Below are positions 1 through 11,830 of a DNA stretch of 39,262 nucleotides, piece by piece. Positions within the stretch are counted from its first letter, which is position 1, and every line of letters begins with the position of its first letter. Below the pieces are notes generated by a model, which was not told the origin of the DNA, made no database searches, and was given only the letters and a program-made list of their open reading frames with translations. Source of the stretch: Octopus bimaculoides. Lineage: Eukaryota. The DNA lies in assembly GCF_001194135.2 (NCBI RefSeq), contig NC_068998.1, positions 14,480,667 through 14,519,928 of the forward strand, read 5' to 3'. Made by a program: the position numbers and the translations under genes.

Positions 1-68
<68 letters not shown>
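1..68. repeat. (TG)n microsatellite
   Basis: Pure TG dinucleotide run from the window start. Confidence 0.98.
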
Positions 69-70
<2 letters not shown>

Positions 71-110
71 CTTTCAGTCTTGCGGCTGCAGTCATACTCT
101 AGTGCCATCG
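69..110 (-). mobile_element. Degenerate 3' tail fragment of SINE family A
   Basis: tttcagtcttgcggctgcagtcatactctagtgccatcg resembles the family A tail at 35380-35420 (ttcagtcttttgactgtggccatgctggagcaccgcc). Confidence 0.4.
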
Positions 111-229
111 TGTCTTTATAGCCTTTCTACAGCCCTCTTATGTGATTGACTTTTTCTTTGTGGTGGAATGTCATGTCACCACTTATGCATGTGCATTTTT
201 CCTGGCTTATATTTGGTGCCTGACGGAGT

Positions 230-745
230 TTGCCACCGCCACCGCCACCCATATCTGTACTTCGTAGACTATTACATATTTTTGCGTCTTCGCTCCAGGG
301 AGTAAAGTTATATATCTTAGCCTCTCCTTGTAGTTAATCTGTTGTACTGTGGAAGCCGTTTTAGTGTATCAACGTTGGATCGCTCAAACTCTGTTGTTAG
401 TTTGACAAGAGGTGACCTGGACTGAGCGCAATATTCTAGGCGGCTGAGTACAAAGATCTTCCACTTGATCGACATGACTTTTGGTGGCTTGTACCAAAGG
501 TCCTTAGTATCAATAATGTCAATTGTCTGCACTTTGTTGCCATCTTGGCAATGTGCACATAAAATGATGCATTATTACACATATTGAACTCCAAGTCTCT
601 CACTGTCAGTGACGCTGAGATTGCCCTGACTTCGGTTCCAATATATGTAGGCTGCGGTGCATATGTGAGCTGGTAGCACAGTGCTTGAAATTTTCCAGCA
701 GTGACTCCGGTCCAGATGGAGGATATGTAAACGGAGCCCTTCTCC
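230..745 (-). mobile_element. CR1/L2-group LINE relic, C-terminal part of ORF2 (frameshifted)
   Basis: Minus-strand frames give AGKFQALCY, TVRDLEFNM..FYVHIAKMATKCRQLTLLILRTF, FVLSRLEYCAQSRSP and LYSLERRR. These match the CR1/L2 ORF2 motifs DLGV..F..HI...LGLI.RTF, LVRP.LEYC...WSP and L.SLE.RR in order. Confidence 0.85.
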
Positions 746-1039
746 CTTAATTTTTTTTTTTTTACAGAATTCCACGTTTTAGGCTATGGAGATTCCGATT
801 CTAAAAACAATTTTCAAAAATCGCAACTTCAAAATTTCAATCCCCTCACTCCCTATTTCTTCATTTCCCACTTTTTCCGGTGAAATATGTACAAAAGTAC
901 AAAAATATTCTGAAAAAAAATTGTTTGTAAAATTCCAATTTTTCAAAAAAAAAAAAACAGAAAAAATTACCCCCACCCCAAAGAAGGCTATTTACATGCT
1001 AGAAATAACAGCCAAATCTCACAAAACTGCGATAACAAT

Positions 1040-1720
1040 GAAAGAATTTTGTGCCGAAGGAATTTTGTGTCGAAGGAGTTTTGTGTCGAAGGCAATCATT
1101 TGACCATGACTCCAACGGTCAAATTGTTCCCTTTTGCAGACGTGTGCACAACCCTAAAAGAGAATCATTTGACCAGCGACAAGGAATCAGTTGACCAGCG
1201 CAAAACATCGTGTTCGTGAAACTGAAAATGTGTTTGCCACTTGAACAGGTACTGAAACAGCTTGTTCCTGAGAGAATAATGGAGTTTTTGAAAACCAACA
1301 GCATTATTGCCACCAGTAAAACGTGTGTTTGCACACTCGATATGACTTTGAAAACGTCGGCCAGATCGTTGGGTGGATTTGTGTGGCAGTGCGGAAATTG
1401 TAAGAAAATTATTTCTATAAGGACAAAGACTTTTATGGAAAAGTTCAAAGTTGTCCTTACAGAAAATATTTCACATTGTCTTCCATTTCGTGTTCGAATC
1501 ACCTAAATCTACTGCGGCTTTATATACCGGAGTAGATAACAAAACCGCGATCCAGTGGTATGTTTTGTTGAGAAGTGTGTTCGGGGAAGATGCTTCGAGA
1601 CAAAGCTCCGCTCAGTGGTTCAGGTCATGAGGTAGAATTAGATGAGAGCTCGCTCTTTAAAAGGAAGAGCCACATAGGGAGTATAAGCCGTCAAACGTGT
1701 GCGCCTGTGTTCGAACATTA
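1040..1720 (+). mobile_element. Merlin (IS1595/ISXO2-like) DNA transposon relic, 5' part of transposase
   Basis: ORF 1210-1506 has a zinc ribbon (TCVC...FVWQCGNCKKIISIR). After a frameshift it reads QKIFHIVFHFV..TGVDNKTAIQWY..LR, then LSGSGHEVELDESSLFKRKSHIG, matching the G.G..VEIDES.F.KRK...G first-catalytic-Asp motif. Truncated before the remaining DDE residues. Confidence 0.85.
1044..1091 (+). repeat. 3 x 16-bp tandem repeat (GAATTTTGTGTCGAAG)
   Basis: Units 1044-1059, 1060-1075 and 1076-1091; the outer units each differ from the middle unit at one position. Confidence 0.95.
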
Positions 1721-2792
1721 ATCATAATTCTAAATGCAACATTTCCTACCGTCAACTTCAAATTGAAGGAATATTATTAAATAAATGAGAATAAATGCTA
1801 AAACTTAGACTTATCTTCAAGGCATTCTTTTATTTTAATCTCAAAATGTTGGATTTAGAATATACATTTCTATAGACAATCATATGCTTATGTATACATG
1901 CATACATACGAACATATATGTGTGTGTATTCTACCAGCTATTTTTAAAGCGATATTAAAATATTTACAGTAACAATTTGATCATAAACTCATTGTTTATT
2001 CATGCGAAATTATAGATATAAATATAGAAGTATTAATCTGTCCACAAATACATTTTAGATTATATGATGATATTTTAATATTTTAATATTTTTGAGGTAA
2101 GTCATAACGAAGATTTGCATAAATCACTTAAACAATGGAGAAATTTATTTCAATAGTAATTAACTACTGGCGTTTACATTGTGTGTTTTGATTCCGTCGG
2201 AGATGTCATGGTAGTTTAATCGTTACGGAGAGGCAAAATATTCCTTGCTGAATTTGAAGCCAAGCGTAAAGCCTACAAGCATAGCAGTGAACTTGTTGTG
2301 GAATAGTAACCGCCATCACATTGCATACTTGGGAAATTTTGGCACTCCGCAATTATGTCACTGAAATACTTTTTGTCATTGAAATACTATCTTAGTGGTT
2401 CAGTTTCCTCGGTGGATTCGCCTTGCATTTCGTCACACTTTTTTTTTCTTCAAAATCTTTTTTGTCAATTGTGTCTTAGGAGATTCATTCTCTTTTAGTG
2501 CCTTATAGAATATATATATTTTTCACTGTGTGTATATTATTTTTCAGTGTCTGTAGTTCAGTTCTGTGTTAGTTCAAATCCTACTTCAGAATCTATTTTT
2601 CACTGCGTGTGTACGAATCCCCGTCGCCACTGATATGTACTGCATTATGACGTCGTATTTCGTTGTCTGCATGACCTACCCGTACGGCGTACCTCGCCGA
2701 CTGACACTGCTCGCTTTATCTGCCCACTATTGATCAGTAGTGGAACAGTCCACTTCTACGTGACAAAGATATTTCAAATAACCTAAATTGTG

Positions 2793-2793
2793 A

Positions 2794-2862
<69 letters not shown>

Positions 2863-2895
2863 CATACATATAAATATGTGTGTATGTGTGTGTGT
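2793..2895. repeat. (TA)n/(TG)n microsatellite
   Basis: Direct reading. Confidence 0.95.
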
Positions 2896-4134
2896 GCGTA
2901 AACACAATGGAAAACAATGACAGACACAATCTATCTATAGAATTGTTTTGCTACGGTGCAAATACGTTTGTAACGCTTCAGTAAGTTTCGATATACACTA
3001 AACTCTTATTTTCACCTCGGAGAAAAAAAATGAACATAGTTAGATATGTGAAGTCAAAAAATAGTAGAAAATAATCCCAAGGTAGAAGAGATTACAAGTA
3101 TATAATATATGTTATAGATTGCAAAGATGCTAACTCTTAAATCTGCATCTTCGCTTTTACCCATGTGCAGTTTACACTATCTCAATATCGAGCGTTTACG
3201 AAAAATTATCCCTCCAAAATAATGCGCTTCATGATTCATTATAAACTTCCAAACATGTTACAGTTTTTCAGAATGACTACAGTATTTTCATAAATGCTGG
3301 CAATATACTTTAATAATGTGATTCTATTCAGTGGTGTACTCCAATCCTTTATACATATATATTCGTGTTGTGTGTCAATGTAAAATAAACGATATTTTAA
3401 CAGAATATTCGATAGCCAAAGCTGCAAATGAATTTCGTCGACAGAAAGCGGTGTTGATTTGTTCATCTTTTCGTAATCAAAACATTTCTGCAACAGATCG
3501 ATAAAAGAAGTAACGGACTTTAAAAAAAAAAACATAACTAGAGTTCGATTTACTCGGCTAAACCATTAAAGAATTGAAAAAATTTCAAGAGTGTGATAGA
3601 GTCAAGAAAATTTCAGAGAAAATGGTTTGTCGTACTTTCTTTATATTTCATTATATTTTGACTTCAAATACCGCCAGTCTGCTCTGTTTCCATCTCTCAG
3701 AGCAGAAGGGTGGGTTAAATATGTATATGTGGCAAACTTATACAAATCTTTGTTTCTATATGTTGTTAATAATGGGCCAAAAAATTTAAGATAGAAGACA
3801 TCATCCAATTACTTTATACAGATGCATTAAGAATCCATCTATGACTATTATTTAATGTGCCATTTTATTTATAAGAGCAGAGTTTGGAATATGAGGATGA
3901 CTAGTCTACTATTTCTAATAGGTCTTGCCCCTATGCAGGGGCTTCTTCTGTAGCTCAATATAACATACCTTCTATATTTGATTTGTGCTGCACTACACAC
4001 GAGGCTGTTCTTTTACGCTTTCTGTAGCATGTAACTTTTTATAAGAGATGAAGATGCTAGAATATTGTCAATTTGTGGTTTCACTAAAAAAACACTTAAC
4101 AGAACCGTAGTCGAATCCAAGACACACATATAGA

Positions 4135-4234
4135 TACAGATAGATAGAGAGAGAGAGGGATGATGAGAGAGAGAGAAAGAAAGGAAGGGAGAAAGAAAGA
4201 AAGAAAGAAAGAAAGAGGAAAAGAAAGAAAGGAA

Positions 4235-4288
<54 letters not shown>

Positions 4289-4306
4289 GGAAAAGAAATA
4301 AAGGAA

Positions 4307-4348
<42 letters not shown>

Positions 4349-4380
4349 GGAAAAGAAAGAAAGAAGGAGAGCGAAAGATA
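4135..4380. repeat. Compound (GA)n/(GAAA)n purine tract
   Basis: Direct reading; explains ORFs 4068-4391, 4096-4578 and 4160-4381. Confidence 0.95.
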
Positions 4381-4784
4381 AATAAAAGCAAAAAAGATCG
4401 ACTCTAGTACTTGTCTAGTACTTATTGACACCAGAAAGATGACAAAAAAAACCAAAAAAAACTTGAAGTCATGGAGTCGGCAGACATGTCTGCAGTGGAT
4501 TCTATCCGACGCTCTTCGTCTTTTTTTAACTGTTAGACATTTTTGTTTTTTTTTCCTTCGAAATTCACTTACAATCACTATTAGCTGTTGCGATTCTCCA
4601 ACGAGCAGTTTAATTTACATGATTTGCGTCTACGTCACTTAACACATTACCACATTGCTACATTACAAAAAACTTTGCACAACAGATTATATGGCATTTC
4701 AAATATATGATTGATTAAATGTTGTTAAAATAGAAAAAGAAATAATGAGAAGCAACGACAGTCACATAAAGACATCAGATATAT

Positions 4785-5135
4785 AGGCACGAATTGGTGG
4801 TAAGAAGCTTGCTTCCCAGCCACATGGTTCCAGGTTCAGTCCCACTGCCTGGCACCGTGGGTAAGTGTCTTCTACTATAGCCTCGAGCCGATCAAAGACA
4901 TGTGAGTGGATTTGGTAGACGGAAACTGAAAGAAGCCCGTCGTATATATATATATATATATATGGGAGAATGTACGAAAAAAAAACAACAGACGAGGACA
5001 GGTGATGTAAACAACAAAAGGATGTATTAGTTTGACGCTCGGGAATACAGAAAGTCTTTATATATATAGCGGTTCGGCAAAAGCCGGTAATCCAGCATGG
5101 CCGCAATCTAAGATTGAAACGAGATAAAGATAAAA
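4785..5135 (+). mobile_element. tRNA-derived SINE family A, variant middle and internally deleted tail
   Basis: Head ggtaagaagcttgcttcccagccacatggttccaggttcagtccc (B box GTTCAGTCC) and body tgtgagtggatttggtagacggaaactgaaagaagcccgtcg match the reverse complement of 35600-35779. Ends ccagcatggccgca. Confidence 0.88.
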
Positions 5136-5425
5136 ATAATATGTCAACCTAAAGCTAATATTTTTGAATAATATTGACCATAGTCAGAAAAGGGAAGCCT
5201 GTGTCAATAAATTTCAAAGACATAACGTTCTTGTGGTACTTCATACGTATGTCGATCAAAATCAGAAACTACATGCTATCCCGCTCCTCATAACATCGGG
5301 TAATCTCAATGACATTACAGACTCTCCGGGATGTATTAATAAATGAATAAGTCATGAAAGGAATTTGTTCAATGTACATATGTATGAAAATTTTTTATAA
5401 AATGCAGGAGTGTCGATTCTGCATT

Positions 5426-5559
5426 TGTTTAAACTTGTGAAGTAGCTGCCGTCTTCCTCTCAAAATCTGGTAACCCACTTCATTGAAGAAAATGTTTAAA
5501 CGTGTGAAGTAAGAGCCGTCTTTCTATAAAGAACAGACACCCACTTCACTGACGAATTT
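5426..5559 (+). repeat. Two degenerate 67-bp tandem units
   Basis: tgtttaaac(t/g)tgtgaagta..gccgtctt...cccacttca(t/c)tga repeated at 5426 and 5493. Confidence 0.8.
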
Positions 5560-5741
5560 GTCCATACTGGCATCGAACATTCAGATTGATGCCGACATGG
5601 ACAAAATCTTTAGACTGGCACTTCTCAAAGCACGAAATATTTACCAAGTGTCTTTTACTATAGACTCCGTTGTCTCGAGCTTCTTGTGTAAAATTAGGTT
5701 GAAGGATGTGGCAGGAGTCCACCACATGAACTGTATATATA

Positions 5742-5903
5742 NNNNNNNNNNNNNNNNNNNNNNNNNNNNNNNNNNNNNNNNNNNNNNNNNNNNNNNNNNN
5801 NNNNNNNNNNNNNNNNNNNNNNNNNNNNNNNNNNNNNNNNNNNNNNNNNNNNNNNNNNNNNNNNNNNNNNNNNNNNNNNNNNNNNNNNNNNNNNNNNNNN
5901 NNN
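5742..5903. other. Assembly gap (N run)
   Basis: N characters; (TA) run on the left. Confidence 0.99.
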
Positions 5904-6339
5904 ACATATATTTGAGTAGTAGACTTAATCTATCGGTTACTTTTAAAGCATCATTACTGGTCACATAAATTCCGTCTTGAGGAGACATGAACCGTGTTGC
6001 AAACATCTAAGGGCTTGGATACGAGTGGGAGACAGAGCCCTTTTATCTCTAAGCCAAGAACACATAGACATAAAGAAGAAAGGTTGAAATGCATTTGGAG
6101 TTTTGAAAAGATATATTTACATTTACTGAACCGGCTTCATAACTCTATGATTTTTTGAAAATAGTGTAGTATGAAGCATAGCCGTGCTTATTTTGACTAT
6201 GAATAATGTTAGAATATTTTTTTTTTATAATACGGGAGAAGGTTATATTTCCCATTACTTTAAGGATCCTTTCTTTAGATCTTTTTTGAAAATAAAGGCA
6301 ATTAAGTAATACGTTGTAATCGTCGGGATATTCTCCGAT

Positions 6340-6940
6340 CTTTGTACAGCTGGTAAAAATTTGTCTTATCCTGAGTAGACTAGATACTCATCTCGTAGAA
6401 ACAAATACTTACCCTGACTCTCAACCAATGTGGCTTCAAGTCGAGTAGAGTGACGAATGGTATGATACACTCATTGAGACAGATTGCAGAAAAATTACGT
6501 GACAGAAATCAGCAACTGACCGTATTTTGTGGACCTTACCAAGGCATTAGATTCGGTGCACCAAGATGTTCCCCGGAAAGTAATAATGAAAATCGAGCAA
6601 GTGATTACATGTTAATTGATTTCATTTCCGTTCATGAGGATATGTGAGTTGCATATATTTTTGGTAAATCCTCTCAGTACTTCGGAGTCGGCAATGGTAC
6701 TATGAAAGGATATCTTTTTGTTGTCATAACTTCTCATAATGGTAAATGACTCAGATTGCATTCCTGTACTAGCTGAAGATCATTTAATCACTAGAGAGTC
6801 AAGGCAAAATCACTGAATAGGAAGAAAGTTATTCTTAATAGTTGGCTTGCTGATAATGTAACTCATGTGACAACATTTTCTGAAGAAGCTCAGCAGTTAA
6901 AAGTTCGTTTTAAAGCTTGTGACACTGTTAAAAAGAAAAA
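6340..6940 (+). mobile_element. RTE (BovB-like) LINE reverse transcriptase relic
   Basis: Frames give QCGFKSSRVTNGMIHSLRQIAEKLRDRNQQL, FVDLTKALDSV, SFNH*RVKAKS and WLADNV..SEEAQQL..RFKAC. These match RTE motifs QCGFR..R.T.DMIF.LRQ, FVDLTKAFDSV, LFNL.RL.AKTK and LFADD in order. Confidence 0.88.
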
Positions 6941-7181
6941 AAAAGTAATTTATATCCTGAGCCAATTTCTAGTCAAAGAAAAGAATCCGCCGTGCAGTTT
7001 CTTGCAAATCGTATAAAATAGAAATCTTTGATTTAAAAAGCAATATTCACTTTTTCTATATGACTAGAAAAGTAATGCGAAATTGGAAATCATAAATGTA
7101 GTCCAATGAAATAGGTTCCTTTCGTAAATTGAAAACATTATGTCTAAAATAAAGCAAGATAACATGTGTATTAACATGTAG

Positions 7182-7220
7182 TCCTTTGAGCTTTAGTTTG
7201 ATCCTTTGAGCTTTAGTTTG
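7182..7220 (+). repeat. 20-bp tandem duplication (tcctttgagctttagtttg)
   Basis: Two adjacent copies of the same 19-mer, period 20. Confidence 0.9.
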
Positions 7221-7759
7221 TTGATGCGATACTTGGATTCTTTATATTCGATATGGCATCTCGCATATTGATCTTTTCATGTCAGATATTGAAGCTTTAC
7301 TTATTTGGTCTTAATTTTGATGAGCTGGCTGTTAAATTTGGATAAGATAGGATACATACACAAGGATCTACTAAATTATCAATTTCATGATAAAGCACGT
7401 TGTGCTTAGAGAGGTCTCTTATGATATAACAATGAACGAAAATTGAATTGAGCTAATTTAATATATCCATAATATCATTCAAAATAATAGACATATAGTG
7501 GAAATTTATAGAAGAAAACGATATGATGTAATAATAGATTTTGTGGCTTCAAGTTAAGATAAATTGACAAAAACACATCGAAAAGCAGTGATTTTAATCC
7601 TATTTACCATCAGCTTTGTCCGATCGTGCTGTGATTAATGAGTGCGGTTTTGTTTGTAAATCTAGAGCCGATTTGAACGATCAACATAAACATAAACATT
7701 AGGATATTGACTGAACGGTTGGACCGTCACGCTTCGAGATCAACAAGAAAGTTCATCAA

Positions 7760-7900
7760 AACACACACACGCATACACACACGCACACACACACGCACAC
7801 ATACACGCACACACACACACAGACGCACACTTGTATGAGTGTATGCTTATATATGTATGTATGTGCATATATGTATGAATGTATGTAAGGTATGTATGTG
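7760..7900. repeat. (CA)n/(TATG)n low-complexity tract
   Basis: Direct reading. Confidence 0.9.
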
Positions 7901-8492
7901 CATGTGTTTATCATCCAATTTGTACTATTTTTTGCCGAGCAACCAGTTGACCAGATTTTGTATGACGTCACCTCTTTATCGGATCTCTACGAGTCAACCA
8001 ATCACCTTCTAAGAAATAATGACGCAGATTCACAAAACATCATTATCGCGAATCTATTTGCCTATGATTAAGATGATTTGATGTTGAAGATCTACATCAC
8101 TCCTACTAGCAGTTATTTCTAAAATCTCCTATAAACACAAGTTGCATTGATTATCGGGAGTTGAATGAAAAAATTTTGGAAAATAACGAGGTTAAAATAA
8201 TAATATAGTATACCTGAATATATTCTGGTTGGGTGCGGCAACTTTGAATTAATCAGATGTACAAACGCTGTGGTTGTCTTTTTTTGACATTCGCTTCCTT
8301 TATATGCAAGGGACTAAACAAAGAAACGTATACCTGTCTATAAATAATGGTACAGACATAAATCGATATGACAGTAAGAAATTTAGATTAAAATATCTTC
8401 GCTCTTTGCATTTACTTCTTCGCTTAAACTAAGTATTATATAAGACTGCACAGTGATGTTGTTTAGTGATATGTATGTATACACATTAGGAA

Positions 8493-8494
<2 letters not shown>

Positions 8495-8535
<41 letters not shown>

Positions 8536-8951
8536 NNNNNNNNNNNNNNNNNNNNNNNNNNNNNNNNNNNNNNNNNNNNNNNNNNNNNNNNNNNNNNNNN
8601 NNNNNNNNNNNNNNNNNNNNNNNNNNNNNNNNNNNNNNNNNNNNNNNNNNNNNNNNNNNNNNNNNNNNNNNNNNNNNNNNNNNNNNNNNNNNNNNNNNNN
8701 NNNNNNNNNNNNNNNNNNNNNNNNNNGTACCTAACAACATATGCGTACACACACACACACACACACATATATGCGCGTGTACTTGTATATGAATGTATGT
8801 ATATATATATATATGTATATATATGTCTGTGTGTGTGTATAATGTATGAATAAATTTAGATATATATAAATATGTGTAGACACACACACACATATATATA
8901 TGCAATGAAGAAGAAAAATGTTACACACGCAGACACACATATATATTTCTT

Positions 8952-8997
<46 letters not shown>
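8495..8997. repeat. (CA)/(TA)/(TG) microsatellite cluster around assembly gap 8536-8726
   Basis: Direct reading; N run 8536-8726. Confidence 0.93.
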
Positions 8998-9000
<3 letters not shown>

Positions 9001-9359
9001 TCCAGCGTTCACTCTCTGATAAAGATCGAATACGAGGAACAAGTTTCTCCTGCTGAATCACACAATGAATATCATTGTGTCACCGCCGTCTTCCATCTTC
9101 AGCATTACGACAACAGCGGCGACGATAACGATAGCGTTGTTGATGACGTTGATGATGTCGACGATGATGATGATGATCAGGATTATCGTCATTAATTCAC
9201 CAACGTTGATATATCTTTATATCGTCCAGTATTTCGAAGAAATCGGCTTCAGAATACAGATGTAGACTTCCAGTACTTATAGGACGAAATTGTGATGGAA
9301 ATGTTGCTGAGATTAAAAGACGTTCTTCTTTATTTGTGTGTCAAAGAACCATGGCGGAT

Positions 9360-9550
9360 TTTTGACACCGGCATTTCAATTTTTCTTTTTAGCGGGTATG
9401 GTATAGTCGACTCTATCGATCACGGTATTTGATTGGTGCTTAAGTTATCGACATATTCCAGTCATATAAAGCAAGGTCAATCGGCAGCATGATTTGAAAT
9501 AATTCAGATGCTCGTAATAAAATAACTATGCGCAACAAAAGCAGTAGGCA
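9360..9550 (-). mobile_element. Highly degenerate SINE family B copy
   Basis: gtcgactctatcgatcacggtatttgattggtgcttaagttatcgac...aaagcaaggtcaatcggcagcatgatttgaa aligns loosely to 32925-33015. Confidence 0.55.
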
Positions 9551-9959
9551 ATTTTCTTTGGGAAGGCAGCAGTTCTGTATATTTATATCAAAACTTTTTT
9601 AACAAATATTAATATTTTTTTCAACTCCGTAATGGCTAAAACCCGCAGTCGGCCCCAGCCATATCTAAACTCAGTACGTAAAGTACGGTAATAAATTAAC
9701 TCAAAGCACTTTAGAAAAGGTTGTGACTTGGGTGAGAAAAACACATGGAAGTGAAGTAATGATCAAACTGCTAAAGCAAAGGGGATAATATATTTCAAAT
9801 AATGACAAAGGAACAATAAGAAAAATGAAATATTTACTCTCCTTAAGTAGTTCTTCACCATCATTTAGAAATGCTTTCATACGCTAGGATGTACGACTTC
9901 ATTTACATGTGTACACACATACCAACATTCAAAAAATACCCCACCGTGTGTATATATAC

Positions 9960-10020
9960 ACACACGTATATATGTATATGATAAATATATGTATATATAT
10001 AAATATATGTATATATATAA

Positions 10021-10062
<42 letters not shown>

Positions 10063-10494
10063 NNNNNNNNNNNNNNNNNNNNNNNNNNNNNNNNNNNNNN
10101 NNNNNNNNNNNNNNNNNNNNNNNNNNNNNNNNNNNNNNNNNNNNNNNNNNNNNNNNNNNNNNNNNNNNNNNNNNNNNNNNNNNNNNNNNNNNNNNNNNNN
10201 NNNNNNNNNNNNNNNNNNNNNNNNNNNNNNNNNNNNNNNNNNNNNNNNNNNNNNNNNNNNNNNNNNNNNNNNNNNNNNNNNNNNNNNNNNNNNNNNNNNN
10301 NNNNNNNNNNNNNNNNNNNNNNNNNNNNNNNNNNNNNNNNNNNNNNNNNNNNNNNNNNNNNNNNNNNNNNNNNNNNNNNNNNNNNNNNNNNNNNNNNNNN
10401 NNNNNNNNNNNNNNNNNNNNNNNNNNNNNNNNNNNNNNNNNNNNNNNNNNNNNNNNNNNNNNNNNNNNNNNNNNNNNNNNNNNNNNNNNNNNNN
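9960..10494. other. (TA)n tract followed by assembly gap 10063-10494
   Basis: Direct reading. Confidence 0.97.
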
Positions 10495-10582
10495 TTATTC
10501 TATCGAGCTCTTTTGCCGAACGGCTAATTTACGGAGACGTAAACACACCAATTCTGCTTGCAAAGCGTTGGTGGGGCACAAA

Positions 10583-10629
<47 letters not shown>

Positions 10630-10810
10630 ATATATGTATTTATACATATGGTAGGCTTCTTTCAGTTTCCGTCTACCGAATCCACTCACAAGGTTTGGAT
10701 CGGTCCAAAGCTACAGAGGACACTTGTCAAAGGCGTCGGGCAGTGAGACTGAAACCGGAACCATGTGGTTGGGAAGCAAGCTTCTTACCAATCAGCCATA
10801 CCTACGCTTA
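10495..10810 (-). mobile_element. tRNA-derived SINE family A (3' end lost in gap), with internal (CA)n
   Basis: cttcagtttccgtctaccgaatccactcacaagg...gaaaccggaaccatgtggttgggaagcaagcttcttacc matches 35470-35779. Confidence 0.92.
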
Positions 10811-11339
10811 TGTGTATATATCATAAAGTTGCTTACAACTTATACCAGAGAAGAAAATGCTAAGGAAACCATTTTAGTTACTTTTGTCTCTTTCCTTCTT
10901 TTCTTTATACATACACAGACAGTCACACACATACACAAACACATAGAGATTTACATACATATATATACACACGGCTTTTTATTGTGAAAATTTAGTGTTG
11001 ACCCGTGAATGCAAACCAAAAATCGATTCATCCAGGATATATTTAACTGGTAAGCGAGAGAAACCTGAAGTGAAATTTTTGAAAAAACGGGTCCACTGGA
11101 ACGGCCTTCACAGATTTACAATAACAAAAGTTGTTTAAATAATAAAATGAAAAACTATTGACATATATCTTTTAACAATAGATTCATTCGTTCTTCCTCC
11201 CTCATTTGATCTTCACTTCTAAATCGATCTTTTCTCTGAGATACAGCCATCACACAAGAGTGATGTGACATTAGAAAGGTCAGGATTGATTTTCAAACAA
11301 CACCTCTTTCATCTAATGCAAAAGTTTTAGAAATGAAAT

Positions 11340-11355
11340 CTATATGCAGGCACGC

Positions 11356-11413
<58 letters not shown>

Positions 11414-11830
11414 ATACATACACACACAGAGGCATACGCACAGAGAAATATACACAAATATGTACGTATACGTAGCTACATGATAAGTAAATTTCAAATG
11501 TAGATTCGAATTTGTCACTTTGACCATAATGATGATGTTTGTAGTGATGTCTGCGATGAAACTGAAGGACAATAGAAGCTACGGCACCAGTAGCAACAAT
11601 GGCAGTGGTGTTGATGGACATATCACAACTAATTCTTATTGTGCTCCCCCTCCTTTTCCTCCCCTTCCTCTTCATCACTATCTTCACCGCCATGACGAGC
11701 ACCACAACTACCATCATCACCATCAATATTACCACCATTACCATCACCACCACTACCACCACCACCCACGTCGTCGTCGTTGTCATCACCATCATCGTCA
11801 CCCTTCCCCTCCTCCTCCTCCTCCCCTCCT
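11340..11830. repeat. (CA)n and (CAC)/(CAT)/(CTC) trinucleotide low-complexity tracts
   Basis: Direct reading; explains the His-, Thr- and Val-rich ORFs 11340-11876. Confidence 0.9.

Noticed and set aside
786-1103. 105-aa ORF as a protein-coding gene
   Set aside because: Built from A/T homopolymer-rich sequence, a dispersed-repeat fragment and the 16-bp tandem repeat; no domain recognisable.
2163-2742. CACTA element bounded by actactg/cagtagt
   Set aside because: The inverted match is only ~7 bp and does not extend; no TSD is identifiable.
4068-4578. Lys/Arg/Glu-rich or Phe/Leu/Ser-rich ORFs
   Set aside because: Translations of the (GAAA)n tract.
5426-5559. CRISPR-like repeat-spacer array
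   Set aside because: Only two degenerate units, similarity extends through the supposed spacers, the context is eukaryotic and there are no cas genes.
9909-10826. Longest ORF in the track (305 aa) and similar X-containing ORFs at 8453-8905, 19860-20806 and 34907-35461
   Set aside because: Artefacts of N gaps, microsatellites and antisense SINE A translation.
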